From: a virus
IMG/VR virus record: IMGVR_UViG_3300045988_035831
Reading direction: 5' to 3' (one strand)
Length of the DNA stretch: 44,723 nucleotides
Under the pieces are notes generated by a model. It saw nothing but the letters and a program-made list of their open reading frames with translations, searched no databases and was not told where the DNA came from. This document shows, piece after piece, positions 42,191-44,723 of this stretch (the first letter of the stretch is position 1; each line of letters starts with the position of its first letter). The position numbers were made by a program, and so were the translations under genes.

Positions 42191-43635
42191 TGGGACTTAT
42201 AACAACACTAAAAAGGTGGTTTAACATGATTTTTAAAAAACAAGCCGAAGAGGACTTTAATATCCAGGCGGCAGAATTTCCAGAGATGGAATCACTGATT
42301 AACCGGTGCGCGAACATCTACAGAGGCGTACCGGAATGGTTAGATGATAAGGACAATATCAAGACGATTAATTTTGCGAAATCTGTCTGCTCAGAAACAG
42401 CTCGGCTCGCAACATTGGCGATCGGCATTCAGATAGACGGTTCCACAAGGGCTACGTGGCTACAGAAGCAGATTGACAAGGTATATTTCCAAATTCGTCA
42501 CTGGGTAGAATATGGCTGTGCTTATGGAACAGTTTTTATTAAGCCGAACGGCGAGAGCCTTGATGTATTTACTCCGGCAGATGTGATAATTGTGGATTAT
42601 GATAACCAGAAGATCAAAGGGATTATATTTAAAGATTCCTATACTGTTGGACGGAAATACTACACACGGCTTGAATATCACAGGTTTGTTGAGACTACCG
42701 TGGACGGTGTGACAACTTATCCGTATTATGTTTCTAATAGAGCCTATGTGTCAAAATCCCCTCAAAGCATTGGAGATAAGATTGACCTTAAACAGACCAA
42801 ATGGGCTGACCTTATGGCAGATACACCACCGATTCTTAAAGCAAACGGTGAGAAACTGGACGGGCCGTTGTACGGAGTATTTCGGACACCGCAGGCGAAT
42901 AATGTGGATATCAGTACACCACTGGGCTTACCGATATTTTCCGAAGCCATCGAGGAGTTGGGGGATCTTGATGTTGCGTATAGTCGGAACGTGGGGGAAA
43001 TTAATGACTCTCAGAAGATTGCTCTGTTAGATGATAGACTGCTGATGCCAAGCGGTACACCTGTTTCAGCCATGTCACCACGGGGTATGGAGAACAGGCG
43101 AAATGAGATGAAATTGCCACATTATGTCAAGAACGTGTTTGGACAGGATGAGAAAGAATTTTATCAAGAAATCAATCCGCAACTCAACACAGATATCCGT
43201 ATAGTCGGTATAAATGCCCTTTTAAACCAGATGGGATATAAGATTGGATTCTCCAACGGATATTTCGTTTTTAATGAAAAAACCGGTATGGTGACGGCTA
43301 CGCAGGTAGAAGCAGACGACCGAAGGACAATTCAGTTTATCAAAGACATCCGGGATAAGCTGGAGGATTGTCTGAATGGCGTAATCTATGCGCTCAATGT
43401 TTTTGCCGATCTGTACGGCCTGGCTCCGGTTGGTGTGTATAAAGTAACATACGACTTCGGAGACATAACTTACAACAGAGAAGAAGACCGTGCAAGATGG
43501 TGGCAGTATGTTGTACAGGGCAAGGTTCCGGCATGGATGTATTTTGTAAAATTCGAAGGAATGACGGAAAGCGATGCGAAAGCAATGGTCAAAGAAGCTC
43601 AGCCAGACGAGCCAAAACTATTCGGAGAGGAGTAA
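42190..43635 (+). CDS. Portal protein (SPP1 gp6-like).
   Basis: 481 aa; ATGA-type overlap with the terminase gene; canonical position. Confidence 0.9.
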   Translation: MGLITTLKRWFNMIFKKQAEEDFNIQAAEFPEMESLINRCANIYRGVPEWLDDKDNIKTINFAKSVCSETARLATLAIGIQIDGSTRATWLQKQIDKVYFQIRHWVEYGCAYGTVFIKPNGESLDVFTPADVIIVDYDNQKIKGIIFKDSYTVGRKYYTRLEYHRFVETTVDGVTTYPYYVSNRAYVSKSPQSIGDKIDLKQTKWADLMADTPPILKANGEKLDGPLYGVFRTPQANNVDISTPLGLPIFSEAIEELGDLDVAYSRNVGEINDSQKIALLDDRLLMPSGTPVSAMSPRGMENRRNEMKLPHYVKNVFGQDEKEFYQEINPQLNTDIRIVGINALLNQMGYKIGFSNGYFVFNEKTGMVTATQVEADDRRTIQFIKDIRDKLEDCLNGVIYALNVFADLYGLAPVGVYKVTYDFGDITYNREEDRARWWQYVVQGKVPAWMYFVKFEGMTESDAKAMVKEAQPDEPKLFGEE

Positions 43636-43640
43636 AAAAA

Positions 43641-44723
43641 ATGGCAGATAAACCAGTAACAAGGGAAGAAAAATATCTTGCGTACTTGACAGGTGATTAC
43701 AATGGCGAACTCCCGAAACCAATCACGAGAAAAGAGAAGTATTTATACGAATTATGTTTGAAAGGAATAGGCGGTGAAATCTCGCCGGAAGAAATCAAAG
43801 CCGCAGTAAATGAGTACCTTGAAAAGAATCCGGTCAAGCCCGGAGCCACGGCAGAACAGGTACAGCAGATCGAGCAGAATAAGACGGACATTGGTTCACT
43901 GAAAGAGGAAACTGGTTCGCTAAAGGAAGAAATAGTTGATTTAAAGAAAAAGTATGAAATGACAAACTATATGTTATTTGCTGATGAATATTCGAAAAAA
44001 AAATATATAAATGGCGTATTAACAAACATGAACTTTTGGAAATCAACTAATATACTAAAACTTGACAAGCTATATGATATGTATTCTCCCGCAGTAAATG
44101 GAATTGCTGTATTTTTTGACAAAAATGAAGAATATATATCAGACGTTGAATTTAAGTATAATCTTCCTGTTTTAAAAGCATCATATCCCGCTAATGCCGT
44201 GTACGTTGCGTTTTCATATCAGCAAGATTATATGGAATCATACAATAATATGATGTATGTGATAAGAACAAACAATTATAATGTAAGAACGAGAAGCTTT
44301 TACCCGACAACAAAAAAAGAAGTTGGTAAAAGACCTAGTATTTATATCTATGCAAATGATACGCAAGATGAAATTTTATGGAAACTCGTAGATGCATTTT
44401 TAACAAGAGATTGTGACGTTTATTTTGAGTCTTCTACGTATGTTTTTGATGATGTTTTCGTGGATTTGTACGAAAAATACAAATATAGGCAGTATGCAGA
44501 ATTGCCAATTGGGGGCGGCTGTAGATATTATTTTAACGGCTCAACATTAATCGCAAATGTAGATAAAATGAGAGAAAAGGGTTACGAAGCAACTATTGAT
44601 TTATTGTCATGTATAGAAAGCTTGAATGCAGAGAACTACGAATTATATGACGGGATACTTATAAATAATGGTGGAGTTTATGTCGTGCATGACGAAAGCG
44701 GAGGAAAACCCACTAAGTATGTA
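43641..44723 (+). CDS. Fibre/tailspike-like protein, N-terminal 361 codons. The ORF runs off the window end and continues in frame at 1-468.
   Basis: Manual translation with no stops: MADKPVTREEKYLAYLTGDYNGELPKPITRKEKYLYELCLKG (duplicated TRxEKYL motif), then coiled coil QIEQNKTDIGSLKEETGSLKEEIVDLKKKYE, then an AT-rich C-terminal domain. It is absent from the ORF track because no stop lies before the window end. Confidence 0.8.
   Translation, partial: MADKPVTREEKYLAYLTGDYNGELPKPITRKEKYLYELCLKGIGGEISPEEIKAAVNEYLEKNPVKPGATAEQVQQIEQNKTDIGSLKEETGSLKEEIVDLKKKYEMTNYMLFADEYSKKKYINGVLTNMNFWKSTNILKLDKLYDMYSPAVNGIAVFFDKNEEYISDVEFKYNLPVLKASYPANAVYVAFSYQQDYMESYNNMMYVIRTNNYNVRTRSFYPTTKKEVGKRPSIYIYANDTQDEILWKLVDAFLTRDCDVYFESSTYVFDDVFVDLYEKYKYRQYAELPIGGGCRYYFNGSTLIANVDKMREKGYEATIDLLSCIESLNAENYELYDGILINNGGVYVVHDESGGKPTKYV
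44628..44723. repeat. Terminal direct repeat, copy 2 (identical to 1-96).
   Basis: See copy 1. Confidence 0.95.

Noticed and set aside
1-44723. Searched by eye for CRISPR arrays, reverse transcriptase/retron or DGR template-variable repeat pairs, IS/transposase genes, rRNA, and genome-wide stop-codon reassignment.
   Set aside because: None were seen. There are no regularly spaced repeats other than the iteron field, no RT or transposase motifs in any ORF, and long ORFs terminate normally with TAA, TAG and TGA.

Overview
The window is a complete, circularly closed genome of about 44,627 bp. Bases 1-96 are repeated exactly at 44628-44723. It is a temperate siphovirus-type phage of a low-GC Gram-positive host, judging from GGAGG Shine-Dalgarno sites, a CHAP endolysin, an A118-type holin and a LytTR regulator. 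Gene order is as follows. Packaging: a TerS-TerL fusion (40553-42190) and portal (42190-43635). A fibre gene with a beta-helix-like C-terminus crosses the window junction (43641 to 468). A hidden antisense RHH gene lies at 541-705, followed by a MuF/gp7-like minor head protein (1002-2144). Next comes a ~5.6-kb cargo island (2144-7713). It holds a Cys-His-Asp peptidase-like gene, an antisense promoter-to-terminator two-gene moron, five low-complexity or C1q-like proteins, and two tRNA-like genes in a ~700-nt structured spacer. Scaffold and major capsid follow (7720-9600). The head-tail joining genes are interrupted by a Cys-rich miniprotein, a DUF4406-like gene and a holin. Tail genes span 12496-20839, with a 1032-aa tape measure and a 1107-aa fibre carrying an S74 chaperone. 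Then come the CHAP endolysin, attP and integrase. The lysogeny module has an orphan LytTR response-regulator operon, a CI-like repressor and a three-operator divergent switch. The replication module has a P-loop ATPase, a DUF669-type SSB, an ERCC4 nuclease, a CHC2 primase finger, an SF3-type helicase, an iteron field and a Pif1-like helicase. About 25 small early/middle genes follow, including a diverged duplicated block. The best candidates for new biology are: (1) the kinase-less LytTR regulator operon in the lysogeny module; (2) the antisense two-gene moron inside the head operon; (3) the low-complexity/C1q-like gene cluster with an adjacent type-II-shaped tRNA carrying a Gln anticodon; (4) two long, fully overlapping convergent ORFs directly downstream of the early promoter. 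All product calls come from motif recognition by eye. No database search or folding program was run.
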